A DNA stretch of 64,000 nucleotides from a virus, in IMG/VR virus record IMGVR_UViG_2838114448_000001, one strand, 5' to 3'. Shown here piece by piece: positions 10,340 through 19,479 of the stretch (the first letter of the stretch is position 1; every line of letters starts with the position of its first letter). A program made the position numbers and the translations under genes. The notes beneath the pieces were generated by a model. That model saw only the letters and a program-made list of their open reading frames with translations. It was not told where the DNA came from and made no database searches.

Positions 10340-10779
10340 CAGTAGTCTCCCTCGCAGACCTGGAAGCAGCGCACACCCTGATCACGCCACATGGCGACGA
10401 CGCTGCTTCGATCCTCGAAGGCGAACAGCGGCTCGAAAACCGGACGGATCTGGGCGTTCAGGATCTCGGCCTTGACCTCGAAGTCCGGCCGACGATCGTC
10501 GTTCGCCCGCATGAACAGAACGGCGTAGGGCAGACCGTGCTCGCGCAGCCAGGTCTCGGTCAGAGCCCGCTCGCTCTCGCGTCGGCCGGTAACGACGAAC
10601 GTGGGATAGTGCGCCGCGAGCAGCCGCATCAGGGCCTGCATCTCGGGGAACGGGGTGTCGTCAGGCGCGGCGGCGAAAAACGCATCCCAGGAGCCGCCGT
10701 TGGTTGGCAGCAGATGAAGCCGATGGGTCGGGTCGGCGATCGTGCTGTCGATGTCCATGATCACACAGGGGAGGGTCAT
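10339..10779 (-). CDS. HAD-family phosphatase (polynucleotide kinase phosphatase-like)
   Basis: DIDST, TGR, MR..D.RPD..K and FEDR motifs; start at MTLPCV. Confidence 0.85.
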   Translation of the reverse strand: MTLPCVIMDIDSTIADPTHRLHLLPTNGGSWDAFFAAAPDDTPFPEMQALMRLLAAHYPTFVVTGRRESERALTETWLREHGLPYAVLFMRANDDRRPDFEVKAEILNAQIRPVFEPLFAFEDRSSVVAMWRDQGVRCFQVCEGDY

Positions 10780-11603
10780 GATGCGGAAACCTTCTTCGCG
10801 CGCTTGACCTTCTTGCCCTTGGGCTTGATGGGCGCCGGCAGGTTGACGGGACGCTTGAACGGGGCGCCGAGCAGGCGGCGCCAGGTGGCGATCTGCGGAT
10901 CCAGGACGAACGCCTCGCCCTCGATCGCCTCCAGCATCTGCTGCCCGACAGCGTGGATGGTGGTGTAGCTGCCCTCCTCCATCGCCACGCGGGCCTGGAA
11001 CAGCTTGTTGACCTGAACGTTCGGCCCCAGCTCGTCGGTCAGGTCGGTGTGGGTAGTCGCGATCATCAGGGTCTTGCCGGCCTGGCGCGCCACCTTCTGC
11101 ATGTTGAAGGCGATCACCTTGGCGGTCGTACGGTCCAGCACGGCGCCGAACTCGTCGGCGATCCACACGTCGGCGTCGCTCTCGATCAGCTTGGCCAGGC
11201 GCAGGCGGTAACGCTGCCCGTCGGACAGCTCCGAGGGCTTGCGCAGGTAGATGTAGGCGTCGGAGATGCCCGCCTTGGCCAGAATGTCGGTCGCCTTGAA
11301 GGTGTTCGGACCGACCAGCTCGATGACCGGCTTATCCTCCAGCACCACGTCGCCCAGGTCGGCCACCTTGAGCCCGTCCGCGGTCATGAGCCGCTTCAGT
11401 TCCTTCAGCAGCAGCGACTTGCCCGAGCCGGACTGCCCGGTGATATAGACGACATCGCCCGGCTCGATCTCGATCTTCGTGCCGTCGTAGATCGTGAACT
11501 GCTTGTCCGACAGGCCGATGCCGAACGCCTCGGCGATCTCCAGCACCCGAGGCGTTCGATCCACACTCGTCGTAAAGCTCTTCTGAATGACGTACTCGGT
11601 CAC
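10776..11603 (-). CDS. Soluble ABC-type ATPase
   Basis: GQSGSGKS, LSDGQ signature, ADEF Walker B, H-loop; GTG start at 11603. Confidence 0.88.
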   Translation of the reverse strand: MTEYVIQKSFTTSVDRTPRVLEIAEAFGIGLSDKQFTIYDGTKIEIEPGDVVYITGQSGSGKSLLLKELKRLMTADGLKVADLGDVVLEDKPVIELVGPNTFKATDILAKAGISDAYIYLRKPSELSDGQRYRLRLAKLIESDADVWIADEFGAVLDRTTAKVIAFNMQKVARQAGKTLMIATTHTDLTDELGPNVQVNKLFQARVAMEEGSYTTIHAVGQQMLEAIEGEAFVLDPQIATWRRLLGAPFKRPVNLPAPIKPKGKKVKRAKKVSAS

Positions 11604-11866
11604 GCCACGATCTCCCAATCCTCGGCGGCCATGTCGCTCTGGCTCGGCTGCCAGGGCACGACGGAGCCGTCGGCTGTCTTCATGTCGATGTGCGGCTGGT
11701 AGGTGATTTCGGTGCCTTCCGGGTAGATGCCGAGCAGCGGCGGGCGGTTGACCCGGAAGCGGCTGCCGGCGACCTGAAAGACGAACATTCCCTTGCCGTT
11801 CCAGCCGGCGCGGGCCAGGCGGTGTCCCGCCTTGATGGCCCGCAGGGCGTCGCTGAAGTCCATCAT
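11600..11866 (-). CDS. DUF2829 / Tad2-like protein
   Basis: FSDAL.AIK.G..LARAGWNGKGMF...VPWQPSQSDM.AEDW. Confidence 0.8.
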   Translation of the reverse strand: MMDFSDALRAIKAGHRLARAGWNGKGMFVFQVAGSRFRVNRPPLLGIYPEGTEITYQPHIDMKTADGSVVPWQPSQSDMAAEDWEIVA

Positions 11867-12156
11867 GCCGCTCGCTCCACAACATCGTAGGTCTGGTAAA
11901 AAATCTCGGGCTTGCAGGGGTAGAACTCGCCCGCGACACCTTCGATGACGAAATCGTCGGGGCCGACCCAATGGGACCCTTCGAGCGTGGCGATCGAAAG
12001 CTGCCACTCGCCGAAGGGGTTCAGGTCCATGCTGGCCGGCGTTTTGGAGCCGCGCGTCCAGTCGATGATCGCGCGGTTGGAGTCCGGCGTTCCGGTCGCC
12101 TGCATCGCGCGGATGACAACGGGCTTCTTGCGGTAGGAAATCGGAGATTGGGTCAT
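11863..12156 (-). CDS. Conserved phage protein (RKKPV...TLEG...GEFYPCKP family)
   Basis: Recognisable widespread phage motif. Confidence 0.75.
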   Translation of the reverse strand: MTQSPISYRKKPVVIRAMQATGTPDSNRAIIDWTRGSKTPASMDLNPFGEWQLSIATLEGSHWVGPDDFVIEGVAGEFYPCKPEIFYQTYDVVERAA

Positions 12157-12569
12157 TCCATGTCCTCGGACTCATCATCGAGCGAGCCGCTCATGGCGCG
12201 GTCGATCAGTTGAAACTTCAGGAAGTCGAGATCGCCCACGACATCGCGGAACTGCATCATCACCGGGCGGTCATCGGTCGGATCCAGAACCAGCAGCGCC
12301 GTGCTGTCGCCGTCGGCGAAGCCGATAAGCCCGACGACGGACACGACCGCGCCGTTCTCGGCGTCGGCCAACACCTGCCGCAGACCTTCGACGAGCCCAA
12401 CATTGGCGAAGGCACCCTCGAAGACCGGCTCGGAACTTTCCGCCGCGGCATCCTCCGCCGGCACGCCCGACGGAAAGCTCAGCACCTTGACGTTGCCGCG
12501 GTCGCGGCCATCGACGGCATCCCACACGGCCCGCATTCGTGCCCGCAGCTCGACGAGCTTCTCGCTCAT
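12153..12569 (-). CDS. Hypothetical protein
   Basis: Overlap-coupled ORF in the operon. Confidence 0.6.
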   Translation of the reverse strand: MSEKLVELRARMRAVWDAVDGRDRGNVKVLSFPSGVPAEDAAAESSEPVFEGAFANVGLVEGLRQVLADAENGAVVSVVGLIGFADGDSTALLVLDPTDDRPVMMQFRDVVGDLDFLKFQLIDRAMSGSLDDESEDME

Positions 12570-13234
12570 GCCGCAATGTCCAGGGTGTCGAGGTAGGCGA
12601 TCAGGGCGTCCGGGCCAGTCTTGCCGGTCATGCTCTCGATGCGCGCCATGAACGCCTTGACGTGGCGGATGTCGCCGGTGCGCATCTTCTTGAACCCGAA
12701 GGCTTCGGAGATCGGCAGCTCCTTCTCGTCGATCTCCTGGACGTGCTGCTCGTTCTCGGCCCGCTGAAGCTCGACCGCCTCGCCGATGTCGTCGACGAAG
12801 GCGGTCGCGTCGATCTGGCCGAGGTCGGCGAGCATGAAGTTCAACTCATGCTCGCCGAAGCCGGTGTCGGCCAGATCGAACTCGATGTCCTTTAGGCCCT
12901 GAAGAGCTTCGCGCAGCAGATCGGTGTCATAGGCGGTCGAGGTGGTGCGGTTGTCGGCCAGGCGCAGGGCCTCGGCCTCAGCCGTGGTCAGATCGGTGCG
13001 ACACACCACCGGCGCGCGGGTCAGACCCAGGCTGAGGGCGGCCAGTCGCCGGCCGTGGCCGGCGATGATCACGCCGTCGCGGTCGATGACGATCGGCTGG
13101 GTCCAGCCGAATCGCTTGATCGACCGCGACAGGGCCTCGATCTGCTCGTCATCGTGCAGCTTGGCGTTCTTCTCGTAGGGCTTGATATCGTCCAGGCTCC
13201 AGCTCTGGACCGGCAGGGCTTCGGCGTCACTCAT
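12566..13234 (-). CDS. ParB/Srx N-terminal domain protein
   Basis: PYEKNAK.H, FGWTQPI, IIAGHGR and LRLADN motifs. Confidence 0.88.
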   Translation of the reverse strand: MSDAEALPVQSWSLDDIKPYEKNAKLHDDEQIEALSRSIKRFGWTQPIVIDRDGVIIAGHGRRLAALSLGLTRAPVVCRTDLTTAEAEALRLADNRTTSTAYDTDLLREALQGLKDIEFDLADTGFGEHELNFMLADLGQIDATAFVDDIGEAVELQRAENEQHVQEIDEKELPISEAFGFKKMRTGDIRHVKAFMARIESMTGKTGPDALIAYLDTLDIAA

Positions 13235-13397
13235 CGTCGTTGGTCTCTTCAAAATGTGGGGAATCCGAGAGGTCGAGATCGTCCAGAGCGCGCTCTTCGA
13301 AATTCTCACCGATCGTGCAGGAAGCGCACGGGTAGGTGCCGATGTGCTGGCAGTCGCGACAGTCGTCGAACTTCGCGCGTCGGAACCGCTTAGGCAT
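13227..13397 (-). CDS. Small Cys-rich (zinc-binding) protein
   Basis: CxxC..CxxC; overlaps both ParB-like neighbours. Confidence 0.55.
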   Translation of the reverse strand: MPKRFRRAKFDDCRDCQHIGTYPCASCTIGENFEERALDDLDLSDSPHFEETNDDE

Positions 13398-14052
13398 CGT
13401 CGGAGGCACCCAGCAGCGCGTGGACCAGGGCGTCGCCCGCGTTCGTCAGGGCATCAGCCTCCGTGAAGCCCTGTTCCGTCTGAATGGACTGGATCAGCTT
13501 GGAGACGCGCTCCGAGTCACCGATAGCCACCTTGAAGCGCATCACAACGTGCGTCTTGGCCGTCTTTTCAGACGTATCCGTTGGCGAAGTATCGCTGGGC
13601 GCTTCACTTTCGTCGTAATCCAGCGCGTCAACGTCTATATTGACTGACGACATGATCGAATCGAGATCGGTGTCGGTGTATGGCAGAAATGATTCGAGGT
13701 CGTCTTGAGAAACACCCAGTCCATCCAACAGATGCGCCAGCCCCATGATGTCGTCGGAGCCGTAGCGCGCGTTGTCGGCCAGGCTGATCTCCTTGGCGCG
13801 AACGTCGTCGATCCGGCCGACGCTGATGACCGGCACTTCCTTGATACCCAGGCGGATCGCGGCGTCGCGCCGGTGTTCGCCACCCAGGATCTGGAAGCCG
13901 TCGTCGGTCTCGCGCACCACGATCGGCTTGAACATGCCCATACGCCGGATGGCCGTATCGAGCTTGGCCTCGTTCTCCGGCGACATCTGGTTGGTATTCC
14001 AGGGGTTCGCCTTGAGGTCTTCGGGATTTGCATAAAGCTGGGTCGGCGTCAT
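13390..14052 (-). CDS. ParB/Srx N-terminal domain protein
   Basis: NPWNTN, KPIVVR, GGEHR and LADN motifs. Confidence 0.88.
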   Translation of the reverse strand: MTPTQLYANPEDLKANPWNTNQMSPENEAKLDTAIRRMGMFKPIVVRETDDGFQILGGEHRRDAAIRLGIKEVPVISVGRIDDVRAKEISLADNARYGSDDIMGLAHLLDGLGVSQDDLESFLPYTDTDLDSIMSSVNIDVDALDYDESEAPSDTSPTDTSEKTAKTHVVMRFKVAIGDSERVSKLIQSIQTEQGFTEADALTNAGDALVHALLGASDDA

Positions 14053-14064
14053 TCGGCTTGCCCT

Positions 14065-14082
14065 TCAATCAAAACTGATTTA
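14065..14082. promoter_or_regulatory. Operator (family A) between the divergent ParB-like and helicase genes
   Basis: TCAATCA-AAAC-TGATTTA. Confidence 0.7.
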
Positions 14083-14114
14083 TCCATACCGCAACTGGTA
14101 CGAATTGGCAAGGC

Positions 14115-15809
14115 GTGAAGATGGCGGATACTCTAACTTTGGCAGCATCTTGCGTCGGCGCGCAGGTTCTCGGCGCAGACCGCGAGGTAAAGCTGTTTCT
14201 GAGCCAGCTCTTGTCTTACCGCGTGGACGGGGCTGAATACTCAGGCGCCTTCAAGGCGGGCCATTGGGACGGGCGCAGCAGCTTCTACAACTGGGGCACC
14301 AGCAAATTCCCGGCCGGCTTCGCCATGTTCGTTCACGACGCGCTGATCGCGAAGGGCTACAAGGTTCGGTTTGTGCGCAAGCCGGCGCCGGGGCCGCGCG
14401 GCCCCGAGACGTTCCATCTGTTTCGCGGGCGCGGCACGGATCCCCGCTACGACTACCAGGCGGACGTTGTGCGCCAGCTCATCAAGCACCGGATCGGCAT
14501 CGCGCGTGTGGCCACCGGTGGCGGCAAGAGCTGGATCGCCACGCTCGCCATTCATCGCATTCGACGGCCGACGCTGTTTCTGACCACGCGCGGCGTGCTG
14601 ATGTACCAGATGGCAGATGGTCTGAAGGAGGCTGGGTTCAGCGTCGGCATTCTCGGTGACGGCGAGTTCACGCCCAAGGCCATCAACTGCGCCATGGTTC
14701 AGACGCTCGCGGCGCGCGTCGAGGACGTGAGTCGGGACGATATGGTCGAGCGCGAGCTGCTGTTCATTCTGGAGGCCGAGACCGAGAAGGTGAACGCACT
14801 GCGCAGCCAGCTCAAAAAGGCGAAGACGCCGGCCGCCGAGATCAAGCGCAGAACGATGGATCTCGCCGCCGCGCTGGAGAAGGCGCGCGAGCCCGACGCC
14901 TCCATCGTGGAGCGGATGACCGAGAAGCACCGGCTGCACCACATCCGGCGGCGCAAGACCATCAAGCTGTTGGAGGTGATCGAGTTCGTCATCGGCGAGG
15001 AAGCGCACGAGGCCGGCGGCAACAGCTACTTCGAAATCCTGAAGCACTGTCGCAATGCCCATTATCGCCTGGCGCTGACGGCCACGCCCTTTATGCGCCC
15101 GGACGCCGAGGCCAACATGCGTCTCATGGCCGCCTTCGGCACCGTGATCGCTGAGGTCAGCGAGAAGATGCTGATCGACCGGGGCATCCTAGCCACGCCC
15201 TACTTCAAGATCGTCTCCACGCCCAAGCCGGCCAAGCTCTACAAGACGACGACGTGGCAGCGGGCCTACAAGATCGGCATCGTTGAGAATGAGGCGCGCA
15301 ATCGGGAGATCGTGAAGCACGCGGCACAGGCGGCTCGGCTCGGCCTGACCGCCATGGTCCTGGTGCAGCACAAGGCGCACGGCGTCCAGCTCCTGAAGAT
15401 GCTCAAGGCCGTCGGGATGCGCGCGGCCTACATCTACGGCGAACATGACCAAAACGAGCGGAAGCATCGGCTCAACCAGCTCAAGACGGGCGAGATCCAG
15501 TGCCTGATCGGCACCACCATCCTCGATGTCGGCGTCGACGTGCCGGCGGTCGGCATGGTGATCCTGGCCGGCGGCGGCAAGGCCGAGATCAGTCTGCGCC
15601 AACGCATCGGTCGCGGTCTTCGCGAAAAGAAACGCGGCCCGAATGTGGCGCTCGTCATTGACTTCGCCGACGAATACAACATGCACCTGCGCAGCCATGC
15701 CCAAGAGCGCCTTGCTATTCTCAAGTCAACCCCCGGCTTTTCTGAACGCATACTTGCGCCCGGCACAGACTTTGATTATCGTGGGCTTGGGTTCACTCTT
15801 GCATCGTAG
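14115..15809 (+). CDS. Superfamily 2 DExH-type helicase
   Basis: ATGGGKS, EEAH, LTATP, GVDVP and QRIGRGLR motifs. Confidence 0.92.
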   Translation: MKMADTLTLAASCVGAQVLGADREVKLFLSQLLSYRVDGAEYSGAFKAGHWDGRSSFYNWGTSKFPAGFAMFVHDALIAKGYKVRFVRKPAPGPRGPETFHLFRGRGTDPRYDYQADVVRQLIKHRIGIARVATGGGKSWIATLAIHRIRRPTLFLTTRGVLMYQMADGLKEAGFSVGILGDGEFTPKAINCAMVQTLAARVEDVSRDDMVERELLFILEAETEKVNALRSQLKKAKTPAAEIKRRTMDLAAALEKAREPDASIVERMTEKHRLHHIRRRKTIKLLEVIEFVIGEEAHEAGGNSYFEILKHCRNAHYRLALTATPFMRPDAEANMRLMAAFGTVIAEVSEKMLIDRGILATPYFKIVSTPKPAKLYKTTTWQRAYKIGIVENEARNREIVKHAAQAARLGLTAMVLVQHKAHGVQLLKMLKAVGMRAAYIYGEHDQNERKHRLNQLKTGEIQCLIGTTILDVGVDVPAVGMVILAGGGKAEISLRQRIGRGLREKKRGPNVALVIDFADEYNMHLRSHAQERLAILKSTPGFSERILAPGTDFDYRGLGFTLAS

Positions 15810-15815
15810 GTTTTT

Positions 15816-15992
15816 ATGAAGCGCGTCGATCCTATTCACTTCTTCGACGACAAGGGTGTCTCAGCTTTGGTTCGGGAGAACCTGGAGGCGGAGAACGCGG
15901 CTCTGCGCGAGAAAAACGCGCGCCTTGAGCGCACCGTCCGGTCCCAGGCCCTGCGTATTCGCACGCTCATGGGACCGGATACGCTTACATAG
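15816..15992 (+). CDS. Small coiled-coil protein (58 aa, below the ORF-track cutoff)
   Basis: MKRVDPIHFF...LEAENAALREKNARLE. Confidence 0.45.
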   Translation: MKRVDPIHFFDDKGVSALVRENLEAENAALREKNARLERTVRSQALRIRTLMGPDTLT

Positions 15993-16037
15993 TCCGCGGG
16001 CGCGTGTTGAAATTGTTGCGCTTCTCGCATTCTCTAC

Positions 16038-16073
16038 TTGACGCCTTGCAAAAGATAAATCATAAATGACTTA
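16038..16073 (+). promoter_or_regulatory. Sigma70-like promoter overlapped by a family A operator
   Basis: TTGACG at 16038; TAAATCA-TAAA-TGACTTA at 16056-16073 covers the -10 region. Confidence 0.65.
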
Positions 16074-16099
16074 TTCTCAGTCGACAAAGGATAGAGCCC

Positions 16100-16273
16100 A
16101 TGTCCCGTCAGCAGGTGACGGTCACCCCCGCGATTCATCAAATTCTCAAACGTATGGCTGCGTTTGAGAATTTGAAAATGAATGATCTGCTCTGGCGGAT
16201 GATTCAGCAGCGTCTCGCGACCTACCAGCCGCACACGCGCCAATCCGTCATGGAAGGAGTCAAGACGAAATGA
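16100..16273 (+). CDS. Ribbon-helix-helix-like protein (57 aa, not in the ORF track)
   Basis: MSRQQVTVTPAIHQILKRMAAFENLKMNDLLWRMI; AGGA RBS; stop overlaps the next ATG. Confidence 0.65.
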   Translation: MSRQQVTVTPAIHQILKRMAAFENLKMNDLLWRMIQQRLATYQPHTRQSVMEGVKTK

Positions 16274-16497
16274 CCACCAAGTCCAACAAGCCGGCCGTTG
16301 ATCGCACTACCGTCGCCCTGGATCGCACTCTCGTGCGTCAGGCCGATCTCCTGGCCACCGTTCTCGGAATGTCGCGCGCCGATCTGATCTCTCGCGGCAT
16401 CACGATCATGTCGCAGGGCCAGCCGGAGCACATCAAGCAGACCCTGAAGGATATGGCCGCGCACACGCCGGCCACCAACACAGCCTCGGCTGCGTGA
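16270..16497 (+). CDS. CopG/RHH-like regulator
   Basis: RTTVALDRTLVRQADLLA..LGMSRADLISRGI. Confidence 0.7.
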   Translation: MTTKSNKPAVDRTTVALDRTLVRQADLLATVLGMSRADLISRGITIMSQGQPEHIKQTLKDMAAHTPATNTASAA

Positions 16498-17057
16498 TGT
16501 CCAAGCCCTTGCCCTTCGCGGTGTTCGCTGGTCATCCCCTCGCCGGCAAGACCACCGCCGCAACGCTCTTCGCCCAGCTCCGCACGCCGTCGACCCTGAT
16601 TGATGATGCAGCGCCGCTTCGGGAGATCGCGATGCGCAACTTCGGTCTGACCTGGCAGCAGGTCAGCACCGCGGAGGGCAAGGCTCAGTCGGTCGAGGTG
16701 GCCGGTGCGACCATGACGGTGCGCCAGATCCTCGGCCGGCTCGGCAAGTCCCTGGAAAACGAGCTGGGTGAGTTCATCCTGCCCTGGATGGCCACACACC
16801 GTCTCCCGGACGATGTAGCCGCTCTGATCGCCTCGGCCCGGCGCCGCAACGGCGCATACTATCGCCAGCGCGGCGGTATCGTGATTCAGATCGACAATCC
16901 TCTCGCCGGCCCCTCGGGCAACGACTTCGATCTGTGGGATCGAACCGAGGTTGATTTCGTCGTCCTGAATGACGGGCTCGCGGGCGGCCTGTCGGAAGAC
17001 CAGGCCAAGGACGATCTGCGGCGCAAGCTGGCCACCATCGCCGTTCTGTTCGACTAG
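16494..17057 (+). CDS. Deoxynucleoside monophosphate kinase-like protein
   Basis: AGHPLAGKTT, APLREIA, TVRQIL..LG and GGIVIQI motifs. Confidence 0.7.
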   Translation: MMSKPLPFAVFAGHPLAGKTTAATLFAQLRTPSTLIDDAAPLREIAMRNFGLTWQQVSTAEGKAQSVEVAGATMTVRQILGRLGKSLENELGEFILPWMATHRLPDDVAALIASARRRNGAYYRQRGGIVIQIDNPLAGPSGNDFDLWDRTEVDFVVLNDGLAGGLSEDQAKDDLRRKLATIAVLFD

Positions 17058-17066
17058 GAGCACTCC

Positions 17067-17228
17067 ATGTTTTCGTGGACGTTTTTTATCTCTGAGGTGA
17101 TCTATGCCGTCATGTTGTTGGCTGCGGTGTTGTGGAGCGTCCTCTCGGCCGGCGCGGCCGTCGTGTTCCTTCTGATGCTGCTGAGCGCCGTCATCGGCAA
17201 TCCCACGTCGCTTTTGTCGCTGGGGTAG
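17067..17228 (+). CDS. Small membrane protein (53 aa)
   Basis: AGGAG RBS; very hydrophobic sequence. Confidence 0.5.
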   Translation: MFSWTFFISEVIYAVMLLAAVLWSVLSAGAAVVFLLMLLSAVIGNPTSLLSLG

Positions 17229-17254
17229 TACATCAATTTTGATTGCTCTCTATC

Positions 17255-17779
17255 ATGGCCATCGTTCGCGATCCCGCGCTTCTTCCGATATCAGACGCGC
17301 CATCCTTCGGCGCGTCCCGTATGACCGACGCTTGCGGCGCGGCGCCATATGACACCTGGCGGCAGCCGAAGCCGGACGTCGACACGACGAACTGCCCCCA
17401 GGTTTGGCTCAAGCGGTCGGACGATGGCGACGCCGTCTTCGTCGGGCACGTCAATCTATCCATCAACAATCTCGCGCGCGTCGTGTCTCTTCCTCTGATG
17501 ATGTACGAGGATGACGCTGTGGGGCTGGGCGCGGACAGTTTCGGTCCGCGCTACCGCACGATTGATCTGCCCGTCGGCCGCTTGGATAGAGTCATTCCCA
17601 ACGCCGAACTGCGCCACAGTCTCCACATCAAGGACGAGCACAACATTCCGGCCTACGCAATCGAGCACCAGGACGTGTATCGCGACGCCACATGCTTCAG
17701 TTGGCCGGCTTTATCCGCGACCCTGGAGCAGTATGAGGATCTGTTCGACCTCGACCTCTTCGTTCCCGGCGGTCGATGA
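17255..17779 (+). CDS. Hypothetical protein
   Basis: ORF preceded by an operator at 17229; stop overlaps the next start. Confidence 0.55.
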   Translation: MAIVRDPALLPISDAPSFGASRMTDACGAAPYDTWRQPKPDVDTTNCPQVWLKRSDDGDAVFVGHVNLSINNLARVVSLPLMMYEDDAVGLGADSFGPRYRTIDLPVGRLDRVIPNAELRHSLHIKDEHNIPAYAIEHQDVYRDATCFSWPALSATLEQYEDLFDLDLFVPGGR

Positions 17780-18229
17780 GCGCGATCTACGAGGATCTGT
17801 GGTCCGGCGAGCTGGACGATTTCATCTTTGGCCCACTCATCGGCGAAGGCCAGGATCGCCAGGTCTACGTCTTTCGGCCGGACCCCACCCGCGTCATCAA
17901 GGTCGAGCGGCCCGGCGTCGAGTTCGCCAACGTCGCCGAGTGGGCGCTGTGGCACGAGGCGAAGCACGCCGGCGTAAACGAGTGGTTCGCCTCGTGCTTC
18001 GGCATTTCCCTGGGCGGCAATTTTCTCGTCCAGGCCCGCACGGAGCCCGTCTCCCCGCGCGATCTGCCCGAGCGACTGCCCAGCTTTTTTTGCCGACATC
18101 AAGCCCAGCAACTTCGGTCTGTTTGATGGACGCATAGTCGCGCACGACTATGCTAATCACAGCGTATATACCCGCGGTTTGCATAAGTGGACGCTGCGCA
18201 AGGTCTCCTCCAAGGATCGGAATCGGTAG
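17776..18229 (+). pseudogene. Protein-kinase-like gene interrupted by a +1 frameshift in a T7 run
   Basis: IGEG..RQVY and VIK in frame 0; DIKPSNFG...AHDY in the +1 frame after T7 at 18085-18091. Confidence 0.75.
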
Positions 18230-18292
18230 ACATCGGCCGATTTAGGATCCATTGTGCGATTTCGCGTCTTAACGACTTCGCGGAATCACCCC

Positions 18293-18961
18293 ATGAACAC
18301 GCTCGTTTTCGCCTCGATCTCTCAGAAGGGTGGCGTCGGCAAATCCACGATCGCCCGTCTTCTCGCGACGGTTTATGCTGGCGCCGGCTGGGAGATTAAG
18401 GTCGCCGATTTGAACCTCACCCAGAAGACGATCATCAATTGGCTTGCCGATCGCCTGCAAGCCGGCGTTCAGCCGGAGATCGCGGCCGAGCCCTTCGGCT
18501 CGGTCAAGAAGGCGCTCAAGCAGGCATCCCACTACGACGCCATGATCTTCGACGGCGCGCCGGACTCCCATCAAAGCACCCTAGAGATCGCCAAGGCGGC
18601 GGATGTGATCTTCGTGCCGTCCGGCGTGACCAAGGACGATCTGGTGCCGCAGGTCCTGCTCGCCAACGAGCTGGTCGACGTCCACAAGATCAAACGCGAT
18701 CGGATCATGTTCGTGCTGAACAAGGCACTTGACAGTCAGGTGAGCGTGGATGAGGCCCGCGGTTTCATCGAGCGCGCCGTCTACACCTGTGCCAAGACCG
18801 CCCTGCCCGCGCGCACCGGCTATCAGCGTGCCCAGAACGCCGGCCGCAGCGTCATTGAGACGGAGTTCCCGACCTTAAACCAAACCGCCGACGCCCTCGC
18901 CCAGGAGATGGTCAACTTCATCGAGACCCGTGCTGGCCTTAAGGAGGCGGTCAATGGCTGA
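18293..18961 (+). CDS. parA: ParA family partition ATPase (short, type Ib)
   Basis: SQKGGVGKST, ADL, IFDGAP; no N-terminal HTH. Confidence 0.92.
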   Translation: MNTLVFASISQKGGVGKSTIARLLATVYAGAGWEIKVADLNLTQKTIINWLADRLQAGVQPEIAAEPFGSVKKALKQASHYDAMIFDGAPDSHQSTLEIAKAADVIFVPSGVTKDDLVPQVLLANELVDVHKIKRDRIMFVLNKALDSQVSVDEARGFIERAVYTCAKTALPARTGYQRAQNAGRSVIETEFPTLNQTADALAQEMVNFIETRAGLKEAVNG

Positions 18962-19208
18962 GGTCAGCAAGCCTGCGCGGCGCGGTCAAATCGGACGTCT
19001 GGGTGACGAGGCGCCGCCCGCGGCGGCCTCGTCCAATCTCACGGCCAAGACCTATCGCGATCTGAATTTTAAGGTGCCTCTCCACTTTCGTCAGCGGTTC
19101 AAGCTCGAAGCCGTGCAGCGTGACATGAGCCAGGTCGATCTGCTGCAAGCGGCATTCAACTACTTCGTCGCCCACAATCCACGAGACGGTCATGACGACG
19201 ACGAGTAG
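18954..19208 (+). CDS. Small ParA partner, RHH-type centromere-binding protein
   Basis: Overlaps the parA stop; LNFKVP..FR.RFK.EA..RDMS..DLL..AF. Confidence 0.75.
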   Translation: MAEVSKPARRGQIGRLGDEAPPAAASSNLTAKTYRDLNFKVPLHFRQRFKLEAVQRDMSQVDLLQAAFNYFVAHNPRDGHDDDE

Positions 19209-19479
19209 CCCCTGGGTAGTCAACCTGCGTCGGAACTGCGTCTGGAACGCGCGGCGCGGGCTGAGCGTCAAGGTGCGGATCTACGTTGATCCCGTCGGCG
19301 GCGTGGAAGTGTGCGGTCGTCCGATCGGCCCCATGCCGGAGGGCATGGGCTGGGACGAGATTCAGTCGCTCATCAACCAGGGGACCGACGCCTTCCTCGA
19401 TGCCTTCGTCCGCACGAGTGAGGAGTGCCGGCGACGGGATCTGAACCCGCAAGACCGCGACGATCGCCCGGATTTTTAA
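19192..19479 (+). CDS. Hypothetical protein
   Basis: Overlapping ORF at the end of the par operon. Confidence 0.45.
   Translation: MTTTSSPWVVNLRRNCVWNARRGLSVKVRIYVDPVGGVEVCGRPIGPMPEGMGWDEIQSLINQGTDAFLDAFVRTSEECRRRDLNPQDRDDRPDF

Noticed and set aside
10776..11603. ABC transporter
   Set aside because: No permease or solute-binding protein; the context is GNAT/ParB
12566..14052. ParB-like genes as the partition system
   Set aside because: They lack a ParB HTH and an adjacent ParA; parA at 18293 has its own small partner
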